Positions 27,282 through 39,701 of a stretch of 64,000 nt of DNA are shown here, one piece after another. The first letter of the stretch is position 1; every line of letters starts with the position of its first letter. This DNA is from Callorhinchus milii (Eukaryota): assembly GCF_018977255.1 (NCBI RefSeq), contig NW_024704742.1:5272001-5336000 (forward strand), read 5' to 3'. The notes beneath the pieces were generated by a model. It did not search any database. It was given only the letters and a program-made list of their open reading frames with translations, and was not told where the DNA came from. The translations under genes were made by a program, and so were the position numbers.

Positions 27282-27829
27282 CTGGAAAAGAAATAAGTTA
27301 AGTTTAAAAAAAACACACATTGTAAATTTAAACAACATGAACCACAGCAAAGGTAGAAAAATGGTGCTTCAATCGTCATAGAATGCAGCAGTTTCAATGT
27401 TCTCTTTACTAAAATATAGATGGGTTTTCTCAAGTTTTATTTCGATTTAATATTTATGAATAGCTATATATGACCAATAAAACAGAATTGAGAAAGAGTC
27501 GGGGGGCAAAATGGACAGGATAGTTCCTACATCATGTCCCTACAGAATGCTTGCTTTTAAATAAGAAGGTGAATTACCACAGGCTATACTCTCACACACC
27601 ACACAGCACCCAACTCAGGAAAAACAGCTGTCCACTTGGCTAGTGAATGTTGTGAAATATAGGCGTCCAAAAGAGCTGCTAAATGACATACTCCCTCTAA
27701 AAACATCCCTGAACTGACATATTTCAGCCACTTTATAAGCCATATTGTTTTATCAGAGGAACGGTAACTCTTTGCACGGTTCAAACATTAGTTATAATTA
27801 TATATAATATTCCTTGCATTGGATATATA

Positions 27830-28190
27830 ATGAAATATAATAATAATCCTTGCATTTGATATTGTGCCTTATCACGTCTTCAGGACGCCTCAAAATGCTT
27901 CACAGAATATACTGTAAAGTAAATTCACTGTATATTTTGTGGGCGAAACACAGCAGCCAATGGCACACAGCAGTGTCTCACAAACAGTTGTGGATTGAAG
28001 TGACAATTTTTTTTAAAAAGGAATTATTACCCCCCGCAAAAGCGATCTGCCAATTGACTAACAACCGGATTCCTACTTAGCGCTAAGTAAACAGAGGCTT
28101 GTGGGGTAAGGAAACTTGCCCAACATTTCGCCTTGGCAGGAATCAAACCCAGGTCTCTCGCTTGCAAAGGCGAGTGCTCTAACGACAGGA
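27830..28190 (-). mobile_element. tRNA-headed SINE (long subfamily) in METAP1 intron 5
   Basis: Similar to the 12993 copy. Confidence 0.85.
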
Positions 28191-28651
28191 TGTTATCACA
28201 TTGTGGCGAAGTCTCAAAAGCGCTTCACAGGACATACTGTAAAGTGGATTGACAGTGTATAATGTGTGCAATTTGCCAATTTGTGCTCAGCAATGCTTAC
28301 CAACAGCCTTGAAGCGAACGAACCATCTTATTTGGGAGATGGTTGGCCAGCACACTGGGAGAAACTCAGCAACCTGTTCATGGCCCCCATCCACCCCACT
28401 CCACCATCCCCAGTCTATTATGAATTCCAAGTCCCGACTTGGGGTTTGAACCCCCACAATCTTGAATCAAGAGTGCTATCAAGTGAGCACGGCTGACACA
28501 CACATTTAATTAATGTACACTGGTCTGTAGAGGATTAGTGACTCGTTACAGATTCCAGCAGTCACAGTGGGATGTAAATCCGGTTTTCTTCCAAGACAAA
28601 CACAGTGATAGACGGCAGAAACAATAAAAATGAACCAAACTTGAATCTCAC

Positions 28652-28743
28652 TCTGCATACTAGCCGCATTGCGTCTATGTCTTCCGCTGGCAGAACTTTG
28701 ATCTGCGACGTCCCCTTTAAGGACTGCTCGGATTCAGACACAC
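28652..28743 (-). CDS. METAP1: METAP1 exon 5 (92 nt)
   Basis: (G)[30 protein letters not shown]; acceptor ctttaag, donor gtgaga. Confidence 0.95.
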
Positions 28744-29204
28744 CTTAAAGGATCAAAGAATAATATGAATACACTTTTAAAAAGTTTCAATATTTTTAAA
28801 ATTCCTTTTTTTCCATGTCACATGCAACTTAGCACTAGTTGAAAAAAAGCGGAGCCGGGGGTGGGGGGAGAGGCTGTCGAGGCTGCTGACAGTGTTATAC
28901 CTGACAAAGAAGATACACAAGGTGGCTTGGGTAGACATGACATTCAAAAGCCAGTGGGAAATCATCTGTGACATAGTGTGCAATGCTCTGACAGAGAGAT
29001 AGGGAACTCACCACTTAACCCGTTTCCCACAGCGCATGAAACGTGCATTAGTACTCACTGACACAGAAATGAATGATAAAATCAATCCTGTGAATTATCA
29101 GCAGCCACATTTCTAATTTTAGCGCCTCATGCATATATAATATTTTGTTCAACACAAGTGATTGTCTGTGAAAATGTATCATGTGATGGCAAATGGTAGG
29201 TTAC

Positions 29205-29265
29205 CTAATGGATGATCTGCATAATCAGGCCACTGGACATAACTTGGCACAAGCCTCATGGGACT
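29205..29265 (-). CDS. METAP1: METAP1 exon 4 (61 nt)
   Basis: SPMRLVPSYVQWPDYADHPL; acceptor cctttag, donor gtaacc. Confidence 0.95.
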
Positions 29266-30231
29266 CTAAAGGAAAAAAAATAAGGTCTGTTATAATTTCC
29301 TACAAGCAGACAGTTACGTTTAAATTCTAAGCTAAAAATCCACTTCTCCTGTCAAGAATAATCTGATTCACCTTTTATACTCAGCTATTCAACAGTTTAT
29401 TACTGAAAATACAGTGAAATTCAGTTAACGGAATATCGGATAATTGAACAGTTCGGTTTGTTCAATAGAATTTAGAGCTCCAGGAGATAAGTCGCCTGCT
29501 ATGTTTAGTCGGGTTATATTGAATAATTTCTGCTGTCAAAATGAGAATTCAATTAACAGAATTTCACTGTACATGAAATCATGACAGATAGTAAAACCAG
29601 CCGTGACCAGAATGAAATAAACAGCATATCGCTCAAATCTTCCTGCTGAGCAATATTCAAGATCCTTCCATGGCCTCACCCCACACTCTCTCTGTGACGT
29701 CCCACAGCCCTACTGCCCTGACCGCTCCCTCCGCTCAGCAGCAGCCCGCTTCACGTCCTCTGCCCAATCTGCCTCATCGATCAAGCATTCCCCATTCTGC
29801 CCGCTACCTCTGCAACACTATCTCAGAGCCACTCTGCCTCCACTTCTCTCTCTCTCTCTCTCCACTCTTAATGCCTGCCTTAAGGCTCACCTTTACAACC
29901 ATTCTTTCAGTCACCTTCTATCTCCCCCCCCCCACCCCCTCAGTTTCAGCTCCCAGTTAGTTGTGTGAAGCACTTTTAGATGACATCCCAAAGTGAAAAG
30001 CACTACATTGAAGGTGAATTGTTGTTGACGTTGCTCAAGGTGATACCAACAGAATGATAACAACAGAAAGCCCTGTTCTATAGGTGCAACCACCACCTAA
30101 CAGGCAGGTTCAGAACTGATGGAATAAGGTCATCAAACAGACCATCAGCCACCCCCAACTCCACTGATAACAATAAAATGCTGAGATACGTTTTCTGGTA
30201 CAATGGTCATCTCCACTCCCTCAAATCCCAA

Positions 30232-31490
30232 ACCTGACTGCTCGAGTGCAGATGGTACAAACCCAGCCTCACGGTTCACCGCCAGCTACCACTGCTCCCT
30301 CTCGCAAACCAAAACTGCATTCTTTTCGCAGGTCATTCCGGAGGCCAAAAACACCAACGACATCCTGTTCTCCACCGCCCACAATCTCCTCTGCGTGCCC
30401 CATCGAGTACCCGCAATCCTAACATCAAATGCCAAGTGCAAAGAGGACTTGGGATTTATTTATCTCCAAGCTAGATAAAATCAGCCTGGCCACCTCCTCC
30501 TCCTGCCCCATGTACCCCAACACCACCCCCATTCCTTATCCGTTACCCAATCCTCCTCCCACGGCTCCTCCTATCACGGGCCCCAACCTACACTCCTTTG
30601 ACCCCATCTCTCCTTCCTCCCTCTCATCTTCCATCACCCAGATGAAACCCACCACCTGCTGCCTCGACCTTTCTCCCCAGCCAGCTGCTGGTCGCTCAAC
30701 TCCACCTCCTCTTCCCACTGCTGGCAGACATGATAGAATTAGTCCCTCTCCTCAGGCTCCATCCCACACCCATTCAAAACAGCTGACATCAAGCCCCCTC
30801 CTTAAAAAAAAACCACTCTCGATCCCTTCAACCTCACTGCTGTCCCATTTCAAACCTGACCCTCCTGGCCAAAGTCCTGAAACACATTGCTGCAAACCAA
30901 CTTTGTTCATACCTCGCCTACTCGAACCCCTCCAGGTCAGTTTATGCCCAGCCCACACCACAGAGACAGTCCTCGTCAAAAGTAACAAACGTCATCCTCT
31001 CTCTCTCCCTGACCAGGGCTCCCTCTGCCTCCTCGTCCTCCTGAACCTCTCCACTGCGTTCGACAGAGTCGATCATGTCATCCTCCTCCACCGCCTCTTC
31101 TACCTCACCCACATTACTGGGACTACATTCCCTTGCACCTCCTTACCTTTCTCACCTACTTATCCCCCAATCCACCACCCAATTCCTCCGCTCGACTGGC
31201 TCTGGCCTCCTATTTGTCCCTTGTGACCTCCATTCCACCATCTGTGGCCATGCCTTCAACCATTATGCCCCGAAACTCTAGAACTCTCTTCTCAATCCCT
31301 CCGCTTTGCGCCTCACTCCCCACCTTCAAATCCCGCTTAAAGACCTTCCTTTTTGATTGTGCTTACGGACACCTACTCCTCCCTCTGGCTCGTTGTCAGA
31401 CTCCGCCACAGTAAAGCTCTCCGGGACACTACATTGCGAATAAGGTATTCGCGTGAAGGGCGCTATATAAATGTAAGTTGCTGTTGTTTC
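30232..31490 (+). mobile_element. Internally deleted L2 in METAP1 intron 3
   Basis: LLNLSTAFDRVDHVILLHRL, FKSRLKTFLFD and an L2-type tail. Confidence 0.88.
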
Positions 31491-31665
31491 TGTACCATCA
31501 TCAGTTATTCGTTTCAAAAAATAAATGTTTATTTTTGTTAACCATAAAATTTTAACATATAACAAGCTCCAAGTATCCAAAGCCTTATGTATTATTTCAA
31601 AATAGGTGATGATGTTATGCATTTGCTTGCTTTGTCAGAGTATATGCAGACAGTACTTCACTTAC

Positions 31666-31775
31666 CAATGGGTAATATGGCCTAAGTTTGCCTGTGTATC
31701 GATAGCCAGGCCAAGGATCCATATTAATTTCATCCTTAATAGACTTAGAATTTTCTTCTTTAGGTTTTTCATTTT
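31666..31775 (-). CDS. METAP1: METAP1 exon 3 (110 nt)
   Basis: (K)[36 protein letters not shown]; acceptor attgcag, donor gtaagt. Confidence 0.95.
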
Positions 31776-31819
31776 CTGCAATAACAAAAAAAATCAGTTC
31801 ACAATCTTGTTAAAGTATT

Positions 31820-32225
31820 TGATAATAATAATACTGTATATTTGGTATAGCACCTTTCACGTCAGGACAATGTCCCAAAGTGCTTCGCATAATATACTCT
31901 AAAGTGCAATGACTGTATGTTCTGTGGGCGAATGTGGCAGCCAACTTGCACACAGCAATGTCCCCAAAACAGCCATGAATTGAATGACCAATTTTATTTG
32001 GGGGGATTGTCGGCCAGAACACCAGAAGAAACCCCTTCTCTTTTCAAATAGTGCCATGATATCTTGAACACCCAGCTGAACAGGCAGAGGAGGTCTCGGT
32101 TTAACATTTCATCTGAAGGGAGGCATATCCAATGATGCAGCGCTCTTCCAGCACTGCACTGGAGCCTCAGCCTTGACTAGACTATATGGGTTTCAAGTCC
32201 CCGATGTGGGGCTTGAACACACAAC
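31820..32225 (-). mobile_element. Deu-domain SINE in METAP1 intron 2
   Basis: Deu core and 3' module on the minus strand. Confidence 0.7.
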
Positions 32226-33062
32226 TTGGGTACTTCTGATTCACTTACTCTTCATTGTACTGTTTTACTGTCCGAAATTCATTGGTTGAACAAATCTAAT
32301 ACAACCTATTTAATTTGGACTATTGTTCTTAGACAATCAAATTCCAATGCTAAAAGCTCACATTTTGCTCTGGCGTTTTGAACACTGAAGTCATCCTACA
32401 TTAAGAAGACAAATCTTCTGAGCTTTTTTCTGCAACTCTCTAGACAGGCAACTGTGAATCGTTAGCAACCCGAGACTTGGCAAATGATCTCACTGCTGTG
32501 TATGTAGAGTATAAGATAACAAGCGCCATCTCCTGCACTCTCCTCAGACAATTTTTTTTTTACTGATCGACTCCCGAGGCCTTAGTTGCCCAATCTGTGA
32601 AGTTTTGGGTTTTCTTGGCACTGGTCTTGGTGTGTTGTTTACACATTACTAAAATAGGGTTACTCCTTTATCAGAGTTCATTTAACAGCTCAGTTGGTAA
32701 AGTCCCATCTACAGTGAAACTGCTATTTAAACCATACTGATAGGTCGTAGGCTCAATTTCCAGCTTGGGCTGAATTGAGTGATCTATGCTGGGCTAGCTT
32801 TTCATCTCTGAATGCGATTACCAATCTGTATAGATCAAGATCCATCATTTTGGATGAGACTGAATAAACCAATTTCAAATGGGAGCTTTCTTGTAAGGAG
32901 AGTTCGTACACAATTTAAATGCACATCCCTGAGACAAAAATCACTGTGTACCACCACCTAATTGCCTAATTTCCCAGGCTGTGCAATCTGAAGATCAGCT
33001 TGGTACAAGCTCATCGTTTAAAAGAAACAATTAAATGTTTTGGTTTTAAAAATAATACTTAC

Positions 33063-33114
33063 TAGCGTTTTTATGAAGAAGCTTGTGAGTTGACCAGCTC
33101 CCTTTGAAGCATTC
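33063..33114 (-). CDS. METAP1: METAP1 exon 2 (52 nt), second half of the N-terminal zinc finger; exon 1 not found
   Basis: ECFKGSWSTHKLLHKNA; acceptor ctgcag, donor gtaagt. Confidence 0.95.
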
Positions 33115-33521
33115 CTGCAGATGCAAATTTGAGAAAAAGTACAATTAGTACACCTGAATATATGAGGTACACAAAATAACAGGACAGATAGCTCTGTACT
33201 AAATTTGATTCAAAGTATAAACTCACTGGTTGTTCAGCTTTAATTATATTTGACAAGATAACCAGCCAGCCCTTATGTTTGGAAAACATAAATGTATATC
33301 ACTTTAGGTTGAGGTTCAAAAAAATTATACCCATCTAAGCTTCAGTTTAGGAGAATACAAAACAGAATCCAAATCCCAACAATGCTAAACCTCACACGAG
33401 TCTTGAAAAACTTTTAATGCAACTTCCCCGACTAGTGATGGCGCCTGGCAATTAAGCACACAAGCCAGATTGCTACCTAAAGTTTACATTTTAGACTACT
33501 TTAAAGCCAATACTGAATTAT

Positions 33522-33836
33522 TGGAGTCCTGTAGCTCAGTGGTTAGAGCGTTCGCTTTGCAAGCGAGAGACCTGAGTTCAATTCCAGGCAGAGGGCCAAA
33601 CCTTGGGCAAGTTTCCTTACTCCACACAGAGCCTAATAATAATCCCTTCAAAAAAAAATAATAATAGTAATCCTATCATTCAATCTACGACTGTTTGTGG
33701 GGCACTGTGCGCAATTGGCTGCTGAGTTTTGCCCACAAAAATACAGTCAATTTACTTTACATTACACTCTGTGAAGTGCTGTTAGACGTGTGGAAGATGT
33801 GATAAGGCACTATATCAAATACAAGGAATATTATTA
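33522..33836 (+). mobile_element. Chimeric tRNA-headed SINE (short-subfamily 5' half, long-subfamily 3' half)
   Basis: 5' half matches the 47012 copy; 3' half has the agacgt...gtgataagg tail of the 12993 type. Confidence 0.8.
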
Positions 33837-33972
33837 CAATTTTTAAAAACGTGTTATAGATTTCGAAAGTTTTTCTGATGTATTTGTTTCTCGAGAAATA
33901 TCATTCTTTATTGTACTGAAATGATGGAACTGTGTTTAATTGGTTACTAATACTGTGCAATTCTGGTTACAG

Positions 33973-34068
33973 ATGGGCACTTTGGTTCTTCAAAAATGAC
34001 AAAAACAAAACTTGGCAAGCTAATCTGCGTCTGATATCCAAATTTGATACAGTGGAAGACTTTTGGGC
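33973..34068 (+). CDS. EIF4E: Eukaryotic translation initiation factor 4E (class I), exon 3 (96 nt); exons 1-2 not found
   Basis: (R)WALWFFKNDKNKTWQANLRLISKFDTVEDFW(A); acceptor gttacag, donor gtaagt; synteny with METAP1 and TSPAN5 points to the EIF4E1A orthologue. Confidence 0.96.
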
Positions 34069-35091
34069 GTAAGTAGAAACACAAAATAAGTGAGAAGAGT
34101 ATTTGTTTAAAAATATATATTTTCTGATTTGGTTTCTCTTATGCAAGCGCGCAACATTCTGGAATCGAGAAGGCACTTTCCTGTTGACGGTGCATAACAG
34201 GAATACAGAATGAATGACCCTTTGCCTATCATTGCCCATGTTCTTTTGCTGTTCTTCTCTTTACTCCCCCCCCCCCCCCCCCCCTCTAACCTTCTGTAGC
34301 TCAATTTACTAAATTGAGTTATTATTCTTTATAACCAATTTTATGGATGTGAAGAATGCTTTGGCATTCAGAATTGGTTTTCCAATGTTGGTTAGAATTG
34401 TAATTTTGGTTGAACTTGTTTTCTGCTGTTGTATCTTTATCAGTTTGATTTTGACACGATTGGCACGATTGACACGATTCTCATTTCGCTTTCTTAAGCT
34501 AAATTGCATTGCCTGGAGGGCAAATACAATGAAGGACATATCACATCTTCAGATAGCACACTTTCTAAAATTATCCTTATTCTTTTTGACAAAATTGACC
34601 ATTCAACTTCCATGCTGACTTTGGAAAAACATTTGTATTGTAATAAAGGTTTTTCCATGACAAAATAGCAATAATATCATCATTACCCCCATGCAATTAG
34701 AATACCTGAAACAAATTAAAATATACCTTCAACACTTTTGTTTCAACTGTTGTCCGGCTACCTACTTTGCATTAAGAGTTCGTTATTTTGAATGTTTCTT
34801 TTTGTTCCTCATTTCTATTTTCTATTTTGTATTCCTGAGCTTGACTTTAAAGCTTTTAAACAGTTGAACTGTAACCAGGTTGCATTGAGATCATGGCACA
34901 CAATCCTGAAACTTTCTGAGTTCTTCTATCACTACAAAACTGGAACTGCTTTATTGCGTCAAATGTTCAGTATAAATCTCATAATAGAGGTGTAAAGAAA
35001 TGTTGAAATAATTTTAAATAGACATGGATTTTTTAATGTGCAATGGTTACCCCCATGTATTCTGACTACTCATGTTTTCTTCACCTCACAG

Positions 35092-35155
35092 ACTTTACAA
35101 TCATATACAACTCTGCAGTAATTTAATATCGGGCTGCGATTACTCTCTCTTTAAG
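35092..35155 (+). CDS. EIF4E: EIF4E exon 4 (64 nt)
   Basis: LYNHIQLCSNLISGCDYSLFK; acceptor tcacag, donor gtaagt. Confidence 0.97.
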
Positions 35156-36227
35156 GTAAGTAAGATAAATGCTTCAGTGTTTTTTTTTTAAATTACGCTG
35201 TTTATTTAAAAATGGAAAAATTTGGCCTGAGAAAAGCTCATTTGAGGAGGGAAAGTTTATTGAATTCCTAGTTCCATAAAAAATGAAGTGTGAATTTCAA
35301 CTACACCAGAGATTGACCTTGTGTCCCATTGTCTGTGAGATAGTGTTGAAGCCATTGCACCAAAAACTCCCATTTAAAACAAATATTTTAGGCTTCTTTA
35401 ATAAGTAGTGATTTTGAAGGAGGTAAACTTCATGAAGTGCAAATCAGAACATTTTGATCTTTACTGTGAGGACCTGGGATTATAAAACCAGTTTTGCAAG
35501 ACAATTGTATTTTTGATTGTTTCTTAATTCCCCTCGGAGTTCCGATTTGGTGTCAACTGTATTGGCGATATATCCATTTCTGACACAGAACCAGTATTTT
35601 TCAATTCACAAAGATGCTTCTGTTCTGTTAGATTCAAAAATAAATTCTAACAAATGACTGTTTAAAGAGAATACTTAATCAATTACTTTAAGATCTCCTG
35701 TTTTTCAAATTCTGCACTGAGCATCAAAAAGCCATTTTAGGACCTTTACAAACAAAGGTGACAAAGCCACTTTGTACACATAGAACTGAATAAGGCTTAC
35801 ATAAGAACATAAGATACGAAAGACGAAAAAATACCAAAGTCCCATCTAGTTATCCTTCCACCTTCCTGGCAGTCGCACGCACACATGTCCCAAACTACCC
35901 AGCTTACATTTCCACTCTGATTTTGTTTGAACTTGGATCAATTTAATTTGCACTGGTACATCACCCAAACAAATATAATTAGACTTGTCCATTTTCCCTG
36001 CTAAAATAAATATCGATACATGGATTATATTTTAAAAATATAATTAATTTTTAAACTCTCAATGTAAAATACATTTCCCAAGGGTCCTGCAATACAATCA
36101 GCCCGTGATTATAAATGCATAATATCCTAAGCTTTTATTCACCGAGCGTTAACTTAGACATAATTGCAGTATTCTTCAAATCTTGTTGTAAATAGGTTGA
36201 ATGTGCTTAAATGTCTACTTTGTGTAG

Positions 36228-36341
36228 GACGGTATTGAACCTATGTGGGAGGATGAGAAAAATAAACGTGGTGGGAGATGGCTGCTCACCCTTTCTAAGC
36301 AACAAAGAAAAACTGATCTGGATCGTATTTGGTTAGAAACT
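36228..36341 (+). CDS. EIF4E: EIF4E exon 5 (114 nt)
   Basis: DGIEPMWEDEKNKRGGRWLLTLSKQQRKTDLDRIWLET with the cap-binding WE pair; acceptor gtgtag, donor gtaagt. Confidence 0.97.
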
Positions 36342-37312
36342 GTAAGTATTTTTCCTCCTTTTCAGAAAATGAACGACATTCGGATGTTGCTTTGAGCTCA
36401 TGTTCTAGGCTTGACCATCCTCCAGTACAGTGCTGCACTGTCGGAGGTGCTGTGCTTCGGATGAAACGCACGTTCAACCGAGCAACAGTTCTCCAGGGAA
36501 AAAAAGAGTAGTATTGCTGTAGTTAACCACTAGAAGGCGCATTGAAACCTTTCAGAGTTAACTTGGCAAATTGTCGTTTTTTTCTCCCGACTGGGCCAGC
36601 CAGAGACCAGAGACTGCACAAACACAATGCTACCCGGACACTCTGGGACTCTTTTATTAGCGAGGAGGATCAACCTTTCACACCAAACGAATGATTAGAG
36701 GATAGAACTGTGATGATGAATCTGAAGAAGCGATAGAATCCATTTTGGATCTAAGTCAGGCTTCAGTGCAAACTTGTGCATTTTCTATCATATATGTTTT
36801 TCTTTATTGTTTAACTGTAGTTTGCTTGTAATTAGACGCTGGGATCTATTTCTTCATCCTTCCAGCCCCCTCATTCCTTCTCTCTTCTCTTCCCCCCCCC
36901 ACCCCCCGCCCGCCCGCCCGCCCGATGCAGATCGAGATCCAGAACTAGGTCTTTTCTGCAATTGGAAACCAAAGCGTTACAGTGGCCATTTGACAGTGGG
37001 GGTTGGGGGAAGAGAAGAACATTTTTTAAAATCAATAATAGTGGCAAAACATTTGTTTAAAAAAACACAGCTGCAGCTTCCCAAGGGCTCAGTATCAGTT
37101 TATTTATTAATTTATTTAGTTGAACTTGGCCTGGAATAGTGGCAGTGCAACAAGTGGCATTTACACCCAGAGCTTGGAAGGGGAAAATCAGTCACAGTTA
37201 CTACTCCCAATCATTAATCAATGGCCCCCTGTTTTCCATTCCCTCGGCACTCAGTTTTAAAGTTGTAAAATGTGACCTACACTTAAGTTTTTATCCTTTC
37301 ACTCCCCTGCAG

Positions 37313-37452
37313 CTACTGTGCCTTATAGGAGAAGCATTTGACGAGCACAGTGATGACGCATGTGGTGCAGTAGTTAATGTTAGAAACAAAGGTGACAAAA
37401 TAGCTATATGGACTACTGATTGTGAAAATAGAGAATCTATCACATATATAGG
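37313..37452 (+). CDS. EIF4E: EIF4E exon 6 (140 nt)
   Basis: LLCLIGEAFDEHSDDACGAVVNVRNKGDKIAIWTTDCENRESITYI(G); acceptor cctgcag, donor gtaagt. Confidence 0.97.
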
Positions 37453-37811
37453 GTAAGTGAATCACTTGATACCCCTTAGACTTTATATAGTTGTCAAAGC
37501 AGAACTTTCGAGTGCAGTGAATAACAGCTTGCATAAAACATTCCCAACCCGTGATCCTCATCACACTGCTGGTTTGCAAAGTCTTCCCCGTGAATGGAAT
37601 TTTGTGCTTTTTTTTCCCCCGCCCTCTTTGCAGATGCAAGTTTAGCATTTTGATTAGATGTTTTCACATAATAATAATATAATAATCCTTGCATTTGATA
37701 TAGAGCTTTTCGTGTCTTCTAGATGTCTCAAAGCGCTTCACAGAATATAGTGTAAGGTGAATTGACTGGATATTTGTGGGCGAAACTTGGCAGCCAATTA
37801 CGCACAGCAGT

Positions 37812-38284
37812 CTGTCTTCCCAACTCTTACCTCCACAAGATGCAGATTATCGAGAACTCTGCAACTCTTATCCTCTCCTGCACTGAACTCTGTGAACCTA
37901 TCAGCCTCATCCTCGCCCGGCTCCCCATTCTCTCTGAGGATCGAGTTCAGAATCCTCGTCTTCGCTTTCAAAACCCTCCACGGCCTTGCTTCTCCCCATA
38001 TCTCCCTCCGCTCAGCAGACGTCCCCCGCCTTGCTTGCCCCATCTTCAGCCTTACTGCCCTCATTCTTTGGAACTCCATTCCATAGTCCCTTTGCCTCAG
38101 CCCCCTCCTTTCATAGCCCTCATCAAGATCTTCCTCTTTGACCGTGCCTTCGGTCACCCTCCTGCCCCCACCCTCCACCCCTCCTGATCCCAACCCCCAG
38201 CTTGGGTGCAAATCCTTGAATGTCCAGCGCCTTGGGACCTCCTCCGGACGTGAAATGCACTGTACAAATGTAATTTGTTGTTGT
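37812..38284 (+). mobile_element. L2 3' fragment in the last EIF4E intron
   Basis: LHKMQIIENSA...IKIFLFDRAFGHP and tail with (TTG)n. Confidence 0.85.
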
Positions 38285-38603
38285 ATTTGACCACTGAGCA
38301 AACAAGTGCTTCAAGTTAGGCTCAAAATCCAGTCATAAAATTGCCCCCGTTTCTGTACAATTGGCAAAATTCATCACATTTAGAGGTTGAGAGTAAATTA
38401 AATGCTTAGGTATCCATCTTTCTTGTTCTTTGAACGTACTGTCATTCAACCCAACATTGTAATTTGTTTTTAACTTAATCAGCTCTGTCACTGCTGAAAG
38501 TAATTGATTTCCTGTTATCTGGAAACTTGTGGTAATTAAGGAAAGACTGAGTATTGAATTTGTTGAACTAACCTTTTCTTTGTCCTTTTCCTCTTGTCAA
38601 CAG

Positions 38604-38718
38604 GAGAATTTATAAGGAAAGATTAGGTCTCCCTCCTAAGGTAGTGATTGGCTACCAGTCGCATACAGACACTGCCACAAAAAGTGGATCAACGACCAAG
38701 AATAAGTATGTTGTTTGA
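38604..38718 (+). CDS. EIF4E: EIF4E last coding exon (exon 7, 115 nt)
   Basis: RIYKERLGLPPKVVIGYQSHTDTATKSGSTTKNKYVV*; acceptor caacag; retains the KSGS phosphorylation motif. Confidence 0.97.
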
Positions 38719-39683
38719 GAAGGCACCAGTTGTTCGTTCATCATTAGAAGACTGGACACGTAAAGCAATCTGAACTAAACCAAAGCTTCTAGTAAGCAGA
38801 TTGGACTGCATTCTAATATTACACACAAGTCTGCAAGTTTTCAGTCAATTTTCTATTTTTGACTTTGTTCTCAGTGTTCTGTGGAAGTAACCCTTTCCCG
38901 TCAAAATGTTTTATTAAACCGATTGACTCCTGAAATTTTCTGGGAAAAGACATTGCTTTTAAAGTAAACCAATGTAAAGGATATAAGTTTTGTTATAATA
39001 GTTCCCCCATTTACACTAATATGGCAGGGTTTAGAAAATAAAACAATGCTGGGGGCGGGGGCTGGGTTTATAGAAGGATTGTTAGTCATTTTAGAAGGGA
39101 AAGGGTTGATTCTCGTGTCTAAATGTTATAGTGCTTAGTAATTTAGTTCTGATTCTTGGCTTTGTTTTTAACAGCTAGCAGTGAGACTTGCTATAATCTG
39201 TGCTTTGATGTTGGTTGTTAGATTTAATTTATTTTTCTTGATTTGAAATTTTAAAAAAAGCTCTGTAATAGCTTAGCTAATTTAGTTCATGAGATGTAAT
39301 GCGTGGTTTGGGTCGGGGGGGGAATTGTATTGAATTGGTAGTATTAAAAAATTGCCACGTGTATTACTTACAGCTCTTGATATATTAATACAAGATACAA
39401 AGTTTGATTTGAAACTTTGACTTAAATAAGCTTTTTCAGTTCACGAGTCCTTTTTTGGACTATCGTGTGGATTTTTTTCTCTTCCAAAAAAAAGTATATG
39501 TTTTTTTTAAAATTGTAATTACATTCCTTGCTCGAGATGTTAAGATATATTAAAATCCTCTATGTTTTGTATTGTTACACTGCATTTCAAAACGTGTATT
39601 CCTTGGAAGAATCTATTTGCATTGGGTTGTTAAAGGCTGATTTAGGAAAGCAGTCCCAAAAGCATTCATATTAAAAGTGTAAA

Positions 39684-39701
39684 AATAAAACTGTAAATAA
39701 A
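39684..39701 (+). terminator. Tandem AATAAA polyadenylation signals of EIF4E
   Basis: AATAAA at 39684 and 39696, about 970 nt after the stop codon, followed by GT-rich sequence near 39730-39741. Confidence 0.7.

Noticed and set aside
31590..31607. Possible EIF4E exon 2 end nested in a METAP1 intron (caaaatag|gt)
   Set aside because: Upstream translation is VLFQN, not YIKHPLQN; no similarity beyond QN.
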